The notes beneath the pieces are model-generated. The model saw only the letters and a list, made by a program, of their open reading frames with translations. It ran no database searches and was not told where the DNA came from. Position numbers and translations under genes: made by a program. A stretch of DNA of 64,000 nt from Nitrospiria bacterium. Its GTDB lineage: Bacteria > Nitrospirota > Nitrospiria > JACQBZ01. Position 1 is the stretch's first letter, and the number at the start of each line of letters is the position of its first letter. Positions 51,641-59,261 of the stretch are shown piece after piece. Where the stretch lies: contig DATIYJ010000060.1 of the NCBI GenBank assembly GCA_035517655.1, forward strand, positions 4,015 through 68,014, read 5' to 3'.

Positions 51641-52378
51641 ATGCAACCGGTTCCGGCTCTTCCAATCGTTCCCGAGAAAGAAAAAGCCGTACAGAAAATG
51701 TTCACGGCGATCGCTCACCGGTATGACCTGAACAACTCGCTTCTCTCGCTGGGTCTTCATCACACATGGAAACGGCTGGCCGTCCGGATGAGCGGGGCGG
51801 CCGAGGGCGACGTCGCCCTCGATCTTTGCACCGGCACGGCGGACCTGGCCGTTTTACTGGCCCGACGGGTCGGTCCAAAAGGACACGTGATCGGCCTGGA
51901 CCTGAATGAACGAATGCTCGAGTACGGCCGGCGGAAGATCGAGCGGGTGTGTCCGAACGGAAACATCACTTTGCTTCTCGGAAACGCCGAGTCGCTCCAG
52001 TTTTGCGACGGGACCTTCCGGATCGTCACCGTGGCCTTCGGAATCCGCAATGTCGCCGACATCCAAGCGGCTTTGCACGAAATGTTCCGGGTCTTAAAAC
52101 CGGGCGGTCGCGCCGTCTGTCTCGAGTTTTCCCGTCCCACCAACGAACCCTTGCGGAAACTGTACGACCTTTACTCGTTCACGATCCTGCCCCGGATCGG
52201 AAAGGTTGTCTCGCGCGATCAAACCGGCGTCTACGACTATCTCCCGGCCTCGATCCGGGCCTTTCCGGACCAGGAACGATTTAAAGAATTGTTCTCCGAG
52301 GCGGGTTTCTCTCCCGTATCCTATCGAAACCTCACCGGCGGAATCGTCGCCATCCATATCGGGGTAAAACCTCATTAG
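51641..52378 (+). CDS. ubiE: Demethylmenaquinone/ubiquinone C-methyltransferase
   Basis: [33 protein letters not shown]…LDLCTGTAD…LKPGG. Confidence 0.88.
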   Translation: MQPVPALPIVPEKEKAVQKMFTAIAHRYDLNNSLLSLGLHHTWKRLAVRMSGAAEGDVALDLCTGTADLAVLLARRVGPKGHVIGLDLNERMLEYGRRKIERVCPNGNITLLLGNAESLQFCDGTFRIVTVAFGIRNVADIQAALHEMFRVLKPGGRAVCLEFSRPTNEPLRKLYDLYSFTILPRIGKVVSRDQTGVYDYLPASIRAFPDQERFKELFSEAGFSPVSYRNLTGGIVAIHIGVKPH

Positions 52379-52815
52379 GCCGGAACGGTCGGGCCGTTCT
52401 CCGATGTCGATTCGAAGACGACCGCTACATCGAGGCCGATCCCGAACTCCACCAGCCACGCCAGAGCCTCCGGCGGCAGGCTGAACCCGCCGCGGCCGTG
52501 GTTGGATCGATACTCGCAGAACAGGTCGACCGATAAAGCGGTCTTGATATCACGAAGGACGAACCCTCGAGGAACCAGCCTGGACTTCAGCCAAGCCAGA
52601 TGGTCCTCCAGCGGTCGATCCTTGGCCACCGGCGCGGTCATCTCCCAGAAGTCGACGATCAGACGCTCCGACGTCCCTTCAATCGCTTCACCCCTCCGGC
52701 GGGTCCGCGTGGGCTCAAGCCCGAGGCGCATGCTGATCACGCTCATCTCCTCGATCCGGCCGAATATGCGCAACGTTGCCGAATACCGTTCATACTTTTC
52801 AACCATGGCCTTCAT
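52375..52815 (-). CDS. Hypothetical protein, DUF4279-like
   Basis: MKAMVEKYERYSATLRIFG…ISMRLGLEPT…DFWEM…. The pattern resembles DUF4279 from memory. SD GGGGAG lies upstream of ATG 52815. Confidence 0.45.
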   Translation of the reverse strand: MKAMVEKYERYSATLRIFGRIEEMSVISMRLGLEPTRTRRRGEAIEGTSERLIVDFWEMTAPVAKDRPLEDHLAWLKSRLVPRGFVLRDIKTALSVDLFCEYRSNHGRGGFSLPPEALAWLVEFGIGLDVAVVFESTSENGPTVPA

Positions 52816-52925
52816 CGGCGCTTCTCCCCGTTCCGAGTTAATCGACTCTCGCAGAATAATGGACCCCCGGACAAAAAGCAACCCTCAAAGACCTTGCCAT
52901 AACTCCGCGCAGGCGATCCCGTCTG

Positions 52926-52954
52926 TTGCATAGCCCATTGGCCTATGTTATCGT
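52926..52954 (+). promoter_or_regulatory. Radical SAM gene promoter candidate (TTGCAT-17-TATCGT), with the -10 ending 9 nt before ATG 52964
   Basis: The hexamers are at 52926-52931 and 52949-52954. No SD is present in agactcgcc. Confidence 0.4.
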
Positions 52955-52963
52955 AGACTCGCC

Positions 52964-54550
52964 ATGACAGACGTTCGATCAATTCTCTACGTGTTCCTCC
53001 CCTGCCGGCCGGTTTACCCTCTCGGGGTGACCTATTTGGCGGATGCGGTCCACCAAAAGTACTCCGATATCCGGCAACATATTCTTGATCTTTCGCTGAT
53101 CCCGCCGGCACACCGCCGCAAGACCCTGTTGGCCCGACTCCGTCAATTCGATCCCGATCTGGTCTGTTTTTCATGGCGGGACATCCAAGTGTTCGCCCCC
53201 CATGAAGGCGATCCGTCCTTAAAATACGCTTTCAATTTCTACTACTCAACCAACCCCTTTAAAAAGTTGACCGCCTCGATCAAGGGGTTGGGGTATCTCT
53301 GGACTTATTATCGGGGGATTCAGGAGATTCTGTCCTACTTTTGGCTGATCCACAATCGCTTTCCTGGAAAACGGATCTTGGTCGGCGGCGGCGCCTTCAG
53401 CGTGTTCGCCGATCAATTGATTCACCAGCTTCCGGAAGGCACAATCGGTCTTCTGGGGGAAGGCGAGGATGCCTTGTTAAAGGTCATCGAGGGACAAGAT
53501 CTGCGCGAAGAGCGGTCGATCGTTCGCAAAGGCACGGACGTGCACCGCGGCGTCAAAACCGCGATTACATCCGTTCAGGACATGACGATCGATCTTCCTT
53601 ACCTGACCGCGATCTTCCCCCAGCACGTCTCCTATAAGAACGACTGCATCGGCGTTCAGTCGAAACGCGGGTGTCCCTACGATTGCCAGTTCTGCGAATA
53701 CCCGTATATCGAGGGAAAACGGGTCCGGTACCGCGCGCCCGAACGGGTGGTGGGAGACATTCTGCAACACTACCGCCAGTGGGGAACAAGGAAGTTTTGG
53801 TTCACCGACGCGCAGTTCATCACCGGCAGCGAGGCCCTCCCCCAATGCAACGAAATCCTGGACCGGATCGTCGCGGAGAATCTGGAACTGACCTGGGCCG
53901 GCTATATTCGAACAAGCCTGATCACTCCCGATCTGGCCCGCCGGATGGTCCGATCCGGGGTGGGAGACCTGGAGGTGGCGATCACCTCCGGTTCTCAAGC
54001 CGTCTTGAATGAATTGCACATGGGCTTTCGGTTGGACAACCTGTACGACGGCTGCCGTTACTTAAAAGAGGCCGGTTTCATCGGCAAACTAATTCTCAAC
54101 TATTCGCTCAACTCCCCCGGTGATACGGAGGCCACGCTGATGGAAAGCATCGCCTCGTATAAAAAAATCGCCGGGATCCTGGGGAACGACCGCGTCTTTC
54201 CCATGCTTTTCTTTCTCGGGGTTCAGCCGCATACCGGATTTGAACAGCGCCTCATTCAGGAGGGATATCTTTCCGGCGGTTACAACCCGCTTTCCCTGAA
54301 CCCGCTGACGGTTAAAAAGATGCTTTACAATCCCCCGCCCCTGAGCCACCTGATCGCTCGGGCCTGCCTCCGGGCGTGGGATAAAACGGCTTGGGAGATG
54401 GCCTCTCCGGCCGGACGATCGGTTCATGAGCTGTACGCCGATGAGTCCTTGTTCCGCGGCGTGGTTGAAAACGCAGGGCGAGATGTTCTGATCAATCTGG
54501 AGCAGGACCTGCTGTCGCGCGGCGTTGGGCGGATGGAGAACCCGCCGTAG
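52964..54550 (+). CDS. B12-binding-domain radical SAM protein (class B), substrate unknown
   Basis: 528 aa. The N-terminal flavodoxin-like B12-binding region is followed by the CX3CX2C motif (KRGCPYDCQFCEY). Confidence 0.85.
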   Translation: MTDVRSILYVFLPCRPVYPLGVTYLADAVHQKYSDIRQHILDLSLIPPAHRRKTLLARLRQFDPDLVCFSWRDIQVFAPHEGDPSLKYAFNFYYSTNPFKKLTASIKGLGYLWTYYRGIQEILSYFWLIHNRFPGKRILVGGGAFSVFADQLIHQLPEGTIGLLGEGEDALLKVIEGQDLREERSIVRKGTDVHRGVKTAITSVQDMTIDLPYLTAIFPQHVSYKNDCIGVQSKRGCPYDCQFCEYPYIEGKRVRYRAPERVVGDILQHYRQWGTRKFWFTDAQFITGSEALPQCNEILDRIVAENLELTWAGYIRTSLITPDLARRMVRSGVGDLEVAITSGSQAVLNELHMGFRLDNLYDGCRYLKEAGFIGKLILNYSLNSPGDTEATLMESIASYKKIAGILGNDRVFPMLFFLGVQPHTGFEQRLIQEGYLSGGYNPLSLNPLTVKKMLYNPPPLSHLIARACLRAWDKTAWEMASPAGRSVHELYADESLFRGVVENAGRDVLINLEQDLLSRGVGRMENPP

Positions 54551-54616
54551 TTTGTTGACGGCCTGGCTCGGCCGGGACGGTCTTCAACACCCCAAACCAT
54601 GGCGGGACTGGAAGCG

Positions 54617-54964
54617 TCAGGTCTGCGCTGGAGGATGAACGCTTTTTGTGGCCCGGTACTGATACTCTCTGTATTCTCGGACGAGGTCCTTGATGGCGGT
54701 GATCACGGCCTTTTTCGATTTATGAAAAAGCCGCTGCTCGATTTCGACGAGCAAATCGTTGACATCGTTCTGCAGGGACATACCCACCATCATCTGCCTC
54801 AGCATACCCACGATGAGCGGCGGACAGGGCATGAAATCAACCTCCACCACCTTTGCGGTCGGCACATCGATATGCGCAACCACCTGAAACACCTCGACCG
54901 CGGAGAGTTCTTTGGGCAGTCGGGCCTGTCCTCCGAAAATAAATGTTCCCGCCTTGGGGTCCAT
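54617..54964 (-). CDS. Small conserved hypothetical protein (possibly DUF3870-like)
   Basis: 115 aa. SD AAGGA lies 7 nt upstream of ATG 54964. The …GQARLPKELSAVEVFQVVAHIDV…VDF…HKSKKAVITAIKDL pattern resembles DUF3870 from memory only. Confidence 0.5.
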   Translation of the reverse strand: MDPKAGTFIFGGQARLPKELSAVEVFQVVAHIDVPTAKVVEVDFMPCPPLIVGMLRQMMVGMSLQNDVNDLLVEIEQRLFHKSKKAVITAIKDLVREYREYQYRATKSVHPPAQT

Positions 54965-55052
54965 GACCTGATCCTTTTAATCTTAACGTTTAGAGCGTAC
55001 CCCTCTCATCGACCTTCTTTCAGTTTACTCTCATGAATAAGGTCGCCGCCAC

Positions 55053-55083
55053 AAAAAAAGACCCAGATATCCGCCACTGGATC
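55053..55083 (-). terminator. Intrinsic terminator-like hairpin plus U7 on the minus strand
   Basis: The RNA reads GAUCCAG-(10 nt)-CUGGGUC-UUUUUUU: a 7-bp stem with one G.U pair, then seven U. It lies between promoter 55218-55246 and the gene starting at 54964. Confidence 0.5.
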
Positions 55084-55095
55084 CGGTAAAGAATC

Positions 55096-55117
55096 CTGGG
55101 TCAGATAGCTGGGTCAG
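55096..55117. repeat. Tandem direct repeat CTGGGTCAG x2 (13-bp period)
   Basis: The copies are at 55096-55104 and 55109-55117. As RNA (GACCCAG) both are perfectly complementary to the 3' arm of the terminator. Confidence 0.7.
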
Positions 55118-55217
55118 CTCACTTTCCACGGCCAGGGTTGACCGGACCGTCAATGAACAGAACAGCTACGTATGGAATGAGGTTCGTTTTTATTGCATGG
55201 GGCGAAAAAACGTTGGA

Positions 55218-55246
55218 ATTCTACCAGTCTGCATCGGCAATGTCAA
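55218..55246 (-). promoter_or_regulatory. Strong sigma70-type promoter candidate (TTGACA-17-TAGAAT)
   Basis: The rc of 55241-55246 is TTGACA and the rc of 55218-55223 is TAGAAT. It lies just downstream of the HEAT gene stop, ~250 nt upstream of ATG 54964. Confidence 0.45.
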
Positions 55247-55269
55247 GAGACAAGCGGTATCTTCCTGAC

Positions 55270-56166
55270 TCAATCCGGCGGCCCGATGGCATGAAAGATC
55301 TTGATCTCGGTCTCACTCTGATTCGCTTGGAGGAAAATTAACTTCGCCGGATAACTTTTCCCCTGGAACTGCTGCTCTTCGGCCACGAAAATCAGATTGG
55401 GTTGATTGGAAGGACTGTTCTCTTTCGCTTCCCCGAACCCGGTCTCGTACCGTTCCTTGAAACCCTGAAAAGTCATCGGTTCTTTCCTAAGGCGCTTTTT
55501 GAAAAAATCGGACACTTTTAACAGAGAATCTCTTGAAACAAAAATCCATTCACCCCGGGCATTCGGAATAAATTCTGACTTTGGATAAAAAGGGATTCCC
55601 ATCTCTTCTTCGTTGGGCCCCCAGATCGAATTGATTCTTTGAATGGCCAGTACGCTCAGACCCCGCACGCGCTCGTTGTCGGTCTGGCGCCACAATGCAG
55701 TCAACGCGGGCTTGGCGGAAGGATCCGCAATTTCACTCAGTCCCCGCACGGCCGCAACCTGAATTTCGGGGCGCTTGAGTCCCTGGATCAGGGCTGCCAC
55801 CGCCGACTTGTCCCCGATCTGCACCAATGCATCGATCACGTCCTGCTGGAGACCCGTGTCATCCAAAAGCCCGGCCAAATCCGGCACCGCCGCCGGATCG
55901 CGAAGGGCACCGATCGCCTTGACGGCCGATGACCGAATCGCGGGGTCATGCTCTTCCTTCAAGAGAGCCACGAGCGCCGGGGTCGCCCGTTTGTCTTTCA
56001 ATGTTCCCAGCATGAAGATGGAACCGGACTTCGTGGAGGCGTCAGGCGATTTCAGGTCCTTCAGACAGTCCTCCAAACCTCCGCACGGTGACTGCGCGAC
56101 CGTCAGACGTCCTGAGAGCAGGACCAGGGCTATGATGAGAAGATAAAACCGCCGATAAGCAAAAAT
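55270..56166 (-). CDS. Secreted HEAT-repeat (PBS-lyase-type) protein; start codon uncertain
   Basis: Repeats such as …AIRSSAVKAIGALRDPAAVPDLAGLL…AVAALIQGLK…VAAVRGLSEI…. A signal-peptide-like FAYRRFYLLIIALVLLSGRLTVAQS follows codon 60 of the track ORF. See the related finding on the start codon. Confidence 0.7.
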   Translation of the reverse strand: MFAYRRFYLLIIALVLLSGRLTVAQSPCGGLEDCLKDLKSPDASTKSGSIFMLGTLKDKRATPALVALLKEEHDPAIRSSAVKAIGALRDPAAVPDLAGLLDDTGLQQDVIDALVQIGDKSAVAALIQGLKRPEIQVAAVRGLSEIADPSAKPALTALWRQTDNERVRGLSVLAIQRINSIWGPNEEEMGIPFYPKSEFIPNARGEWIFVSRDSLLKVSDFFKKRLRKEPMTFQGFKERYETGFGEAKENSPSNQPNLIFVAEEQQFQGKSYPAKLIFLQANQSETEIKIFHAIGPPD

Positions 56167-56179
56167 TCTCGGCCCTCGC

Positions 56180-58582
56180 TCAACAATCCGAATAACCGCA
56201 GGAGTAGCATTTTTGACAGCCTTCCTCCCGAGCCATTTGGACGCCGCACTTGGGACAGAGGTTTCCGGTGAGACGAAAATTTCCGGTCTTCCCGTGACCG
56301 TTGCCGTTGCTCGGCGACTTAAGCCACTGCTCCTCCATGGCACGGGCGATGGCGTCCGCCAGCGATGAGATCCGAGCTTCTCCGAATCCGACCGACCGGG
56401 CGCCCCCGATGCCGCGCAATTGCTCCACCTCTTCCTGAACTTTTTCGTAGCGTGAAAGGTAGGACGGCGTGCGCAGATAAAGTGAAATCGACCGTCCCAA
56501 CGATTCGGCCATCGCCATGATGTCGCTTCCGGCTTTTCCGATCGTCATAAACACCTCGGCCGGGCCCTCTTCATCGTCGTTCATCGTGATATGCACCGTC
56601 CCCAACGGCGTCTCCTTGCTCAAGGTCACGCCGACTCGCCTGTAGGGACGGGGCTTGACTTTTTTCACATCCTCGCCGGTCGCCGCAGCCGTCTTCGGTT
56701 TGGCCGACGTTCCGACGTTCAAAACCTGCTCCTCCAGACACCCGTCCCGGAAAACGGTGATTCCCAAGCAACCGACTTGATACGCCAACTGGTACGCTTT
56801 TTTCACGTCATCGCGCATGGCCGAATTGGGAAGGTTGATCGTCTTGGAAACGGCGTTGTCCGTGTATTCCTGAAAAGCCCCCTGCATCCGGATATGCCAC
56901 TCGGGTGCGATCTGGTGCGAGGCCTGAAACACATCGCACAGGTCTGCGGGCACCTCTTCAATCCCGTCGATGTTTCCCTGCTCGCTGATTCGGTCCATCA
57001 AGGCCGGAGTGTAGAAACCCCGTTCCTTCGCAATGGCTTCAAAGACCGGATCCACAAAGGTCAGTTTTCTTTCTCCGGAAACATGGCGGAAAGCCAGCGC
57101 GAAAACCGGCTCGATCCCCGAAGAGCAGCCCGCGATGATGCTGATCGTTCCGGTCGGGGCAATGGTGGTCACGGTGGAATTACGAAGAGGACGGCTGTTC
57201 CGGTAAATGCTGTCGGTCCAATTAGGGAAGGCCCCCCGCACTTCGGCCAGGTTTTCAGACTCGTGATGGCCGACCGAATTGATGAAACCCATGATCTTAC
57301 GGCCCAGCGCCAAGGCCTCCTCGCTGTGATAGGGAATTCCCAAACGGAATAGAAGATGGGCCCACCCCATGACACCCAGACCGATGCGGCGATTGGCCTT
57401 GACGGCAGCATCGATCTCCGGCAACGGGTACGGATTGACCTCGATGACGTTGTCCAGAAACCGGACCGTCACGCGGACGGCCTGCTCCAATTCTTCCCAG
57501 TCAATCGCCCATTTTCCGTTTTTCTTGTCGACGAAAGACAGCAGGTTCAAAGACCCTAGATTGCAAGCCTCATTGGGATAAAGCGGCTGCTCTCCGCACG
57601 GATTCGTCGCTTCGACCGGACCCATTTTGGGCACGGGGTTGGACGGTCCCTCATTCATGCGGTCGATGAAAACCAGGCCCGGATCGCCGGTCTGCCAGGC
57701 CGACTCCACAATCGCATCAAAGACTTCGCGGGCATTGAGTCGGCCCACGGCCTTTCCCGAATGGGGCGAGATCAAGTTGTATTCCTTTCCCATCGCCACC
57801 GCCTGCATGAATTCTTCGGTCACGGCGACGGAGATATTGAAATTCGTGATCTGGCGTTTGCGTTTGCAGAGCACGAACTCCATGATGTCGGGATGGTTGT
57901 AATTGAGAATGGCCATGTTGGCCCCTCGACGGGTACCTCCCTGCTTGATGGAATTCGTCGCCGCGTCGAAAACCTTCAGAAAGCTGACCGGCCCGCTGGC
58001 TTCGCCCTGGGTGGTCGAGACCAAGGAACCTTTGGCCCGTAATCGAGAAAACGAAAAGCCGGTTCCGCCTCCCGACTGGTGAATGACGGCGGCGTTCTTG
58101 ATTGCATCGAAGATTCCACGGATCGAGTCTTCGATCGGAAGGACATAGCAGGCCGAATACTGAAGCCCGTTTTCCTTGCCCGCATTCATCAAAGTCGGGC
58201 TGTTCGGCATGAATTGCCCTCGGATCATCCGATCGTAAAATTGCGCGGCCACCCGCTCCACCTCCGCTGCGGATGTTCCCCAATGGCTTTCGGCTTTCGC
58301 AATCGCCATCGCAACTCGCTTGAACATCCCTTCAGCGGTTTCCTGAAGTTGCCCGCTCTCCTTTCGGAGGTATCTTTCCTCCATGACTTTGATGGCATTG
58401 GGGGTCCATTGGCCGCGCTTCTCCCACACGGTTTGCGGATCATGAATTTGACTATCAATTTGACCATCGCGAAGATCGGCTATGGAGATATGTTTGGAGG
58501 GTCGAGAGATGCCCTGTGTTTTTGCATGATCGACGTTCTTTGCAATCTCCATAAGTTCCTCCTTTATCTTTTGATCTCTCAT
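56180..58582 (-). CDS. nrdJ: Adenosylcobalamin-dependent ribonucleoside-diphosphate reductase (class II)
   Basis: 800 aa with …FMPNSPTLMNAG…, …NPCGEQPLYPNEACNLGSLNL… and a Cys-rich C-terminal tail CPKCG…CQKCYSCGYSDC. Confidence 0.93.
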   Translation of the reverse strand: MRDQKIKEELMEIAKNVDHAKTQGISRPSKHISIADLRDGQIDSQIHDPQTVWEKRGQWTPNAIKVMEERYLRKESGQLQETAEGMFKRVAMAIAKAESHWGTSAAEVERVAAQFYDRMIRGQFMPNSPTLMNAGKENGLQYSACYVLPIEDSIRGIFDAIKNAAVIHQSGGGTGFSFSRLRAKGSLVSTTQGEASGPVSFLKVFDAATNSIKQGGTRRGANMAILNYNHPDIMEFVLCKRKRQITNFNISVAVTEEFMQAVAMGKEYNLISPHSGKAVGRLNAREVFDAIVESAWQTGDPGLVFIDRMNEGPSNPVPKMGPVEATNPCGEQPLYPNEACNLGSLNLLSFVDKKNGKWAIDWEELEQAVRVTVRFLDNVIEVNPYPLPEIDAAVKANRRIGLGVMGWAHLLFRLGIPYHSEEALALGRKIMGFINSVGHHESENLAEVRGAFPNWTDSIYRNSRPLRNSTVTTIAPTGTISIIAGCSSGIEPVFALAFRHVSGERKLTFVDPVFEAIAKERGFYTPALMDRISEQGNIDGIEEVPADLCDVFQASHQIAPEWHIRMQGAFQEYTDNAVSKTINLPNSAMRDDVKKAYQLAYQVGCLGITVFRDGCLEEQVLNVGTSAKPKTAAATGEDVKKVKPRPYRRVGVTLSKETPLGTVHITMNDDEEGPAEVFMTIGKAGSDIMAMAESLGRSISLYLRTPSYLSRYEKVQEEVEQLRGIGGARSVGFGEARISSLADAIARAMEEQWLKSPSNGNGHGKTGNFRLTGNLCPKCGVQMAREEGCQKCYSCGYSDC

Positions 58583-58671
58583 CTGAACAGATCCCCTTGA
58601 TGTGTAAGGATCGTTTATCCGACCTTGCCCGTGTATCGATCGGACTCCTGCTGGGAAATTCGTGCCGACCT

Positions 58672-58872
58672 TTAGGTCCGAGCCGATTCGAATTCAACCA
58701 TCGACAGCCGGCCTTCCTCATCCATGAATCCCCGTAATTGCCCTTGCCGATCACGAATCTCATGATTGCCGGCCAACTGACCGATCCACTCTCCTCCCCG
58801 CAAAAACACCTCTGCGCCCACCGCGAACGCCACCCAATACCCTTCGGCATCATAAATACGCTTGGGAGTCAT
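58672..58872 (-). CDS. Small hypothetical protein (66 aa), beta-rich repeat-like
   Basis: ATG 58872 has SD GGAG 5 nt upstream. The sequence is MTPKRIYDAEGYWVAFAVGAEVFLRGGEWIGQLAGNHEIRDRQGQLRGFMDEEGRL…. The longer 151-aa track ORF crosses a promoter region and looks spurious. Confidence 0.4.
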   Translation of the reverse strand: MTPKRIYDAEGYWVAFAVGAEVFLRGGEWIGQLAGNHEIRDRQGQLRGFMDEEGRLSMVEFESART

Positions 58873-59070
58873 CCAATCTCCATGAGTGGACTGTGAAACG
58901 AACCCGCCTGACCGAAACTGAAGTGAAACAAGAAGCCCCGCTAAGAGCGATCTCTCAAAACGGGGCTTGGTGATTAGTCGTTGTTCAATAGTTCCATACT
59001 GTGTTGTTCCGATCGTGATCACAACAAGTGGCATATGTAAAGTGCCATAACTTGTTAAGATGTGCCAAGT

Positions 59071-59099
59071 GATATACCATGTGTCATGAAACATGTCAA
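59071..59099 (-). promoter_or_regulatory. Sigma70-type promoter candidate (TTGACA-17-TATATC) facing the small ORF and nrdJ
   Basis: The rc of 59094-59099 is TTGACA and the rc of 59071-59076 is TATATC. The predicted TSS is ~59064. Confidence 0.45.
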
Positions 59100-59149
59100 G
59101 CAGAAAAATACAACATACGGGGCCCAAAATTTTAAAGACCTCCTATATA

Positions 59150-59180
59150 TTGTGGATTGTCTGGGGGAAGGTTGTGGATT
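59150..59180. repeat. Direct repeat TTGTGGATT x2 (22-bp period), DnaA-box-like
   Basis: The copies are at 59150-59158 and 59172-59180, in the divergent region between the nrdJ-side promoter and the dsrE-like promoter. TGTGGAT matches 7 of 9 positions of the DnaA box TGTGGATAA. Confidence 0.6.
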
Positions 59181-59225
59181 TCACGTGCATGGTATTGTGC
59201 AATCTGTAGTCGTGCCGATGGTTCA

Positions 59226-59255
59226 TTGACAACCTGAAGATGCGGATGTTAAAGT
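59226..59255 (+). promoter_or_regulatory. Promoter candidate for the dsrEFH-like genes (TTGACA-18-TAAAGT), with the -10 ending 6 nt before GTG 59262
   Basis: The hexamers are at 59226-59231 and 59250-59255. Confidence 0.4.
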
Positions 59256-59261
59256 AGGGTC

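Noticed and set aside
55072-55079. GCCACTGG on the plus strand, resembling the B12-box core of cobalamin riboswitches, near B12-dependent genes.
   Set aside because: No plus-strand gene lies downstream. The other conserved cobalamin-riboswitch elements are not visible. The sequence is simply the loop and 5' arm region of the minus-strand terminator hairpin.
55138-55341. 67-aa plus-strand ORF in the intergenic region downstream of the HEAT gene.
   Set aside because: It has no SD, overlaps the HEAT gene's 3' end in antisense, and covers a region better explained by the minus-strand promoter and terminator.
59020-59066. TGGCAC motifs on the minus strand, suggesting a sigma54 (-24/-12) promoter.
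   Set aside because: Neither TGGCAC is followed by a TTGC/GC element at the required spacing of 4-5 nt. The motifs are better explained as arms of a TGGCA/TGCCA hairpin.
58672-59127. 151-aa minus-strand ORF spanning the nrdJ upstream region.
   Set aside because: Its N-terminal 85 residues run across the predicted promoter and hairpins and look non-protein-like (MGPVCCIFLLDMFHDTWYITWHIL…). Only the last 66 codons have an SD and a plausible sequence.
59140-59155. NrdR-box-like sequence ctcCTATATATTGTGg (12/16 match to my recollection of the acaCwAtATaTwGtgt consensus) upstream of nrdJ.
   Set aside because: It lies ~40 nt upstream of the -35 of the nrdJ-side promoter rather than overlapping it. 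No second box sits at the usual ~31-32 bp spacing, and the left half-site is poor. It is kept only as a note inside the direct-repeat finding.
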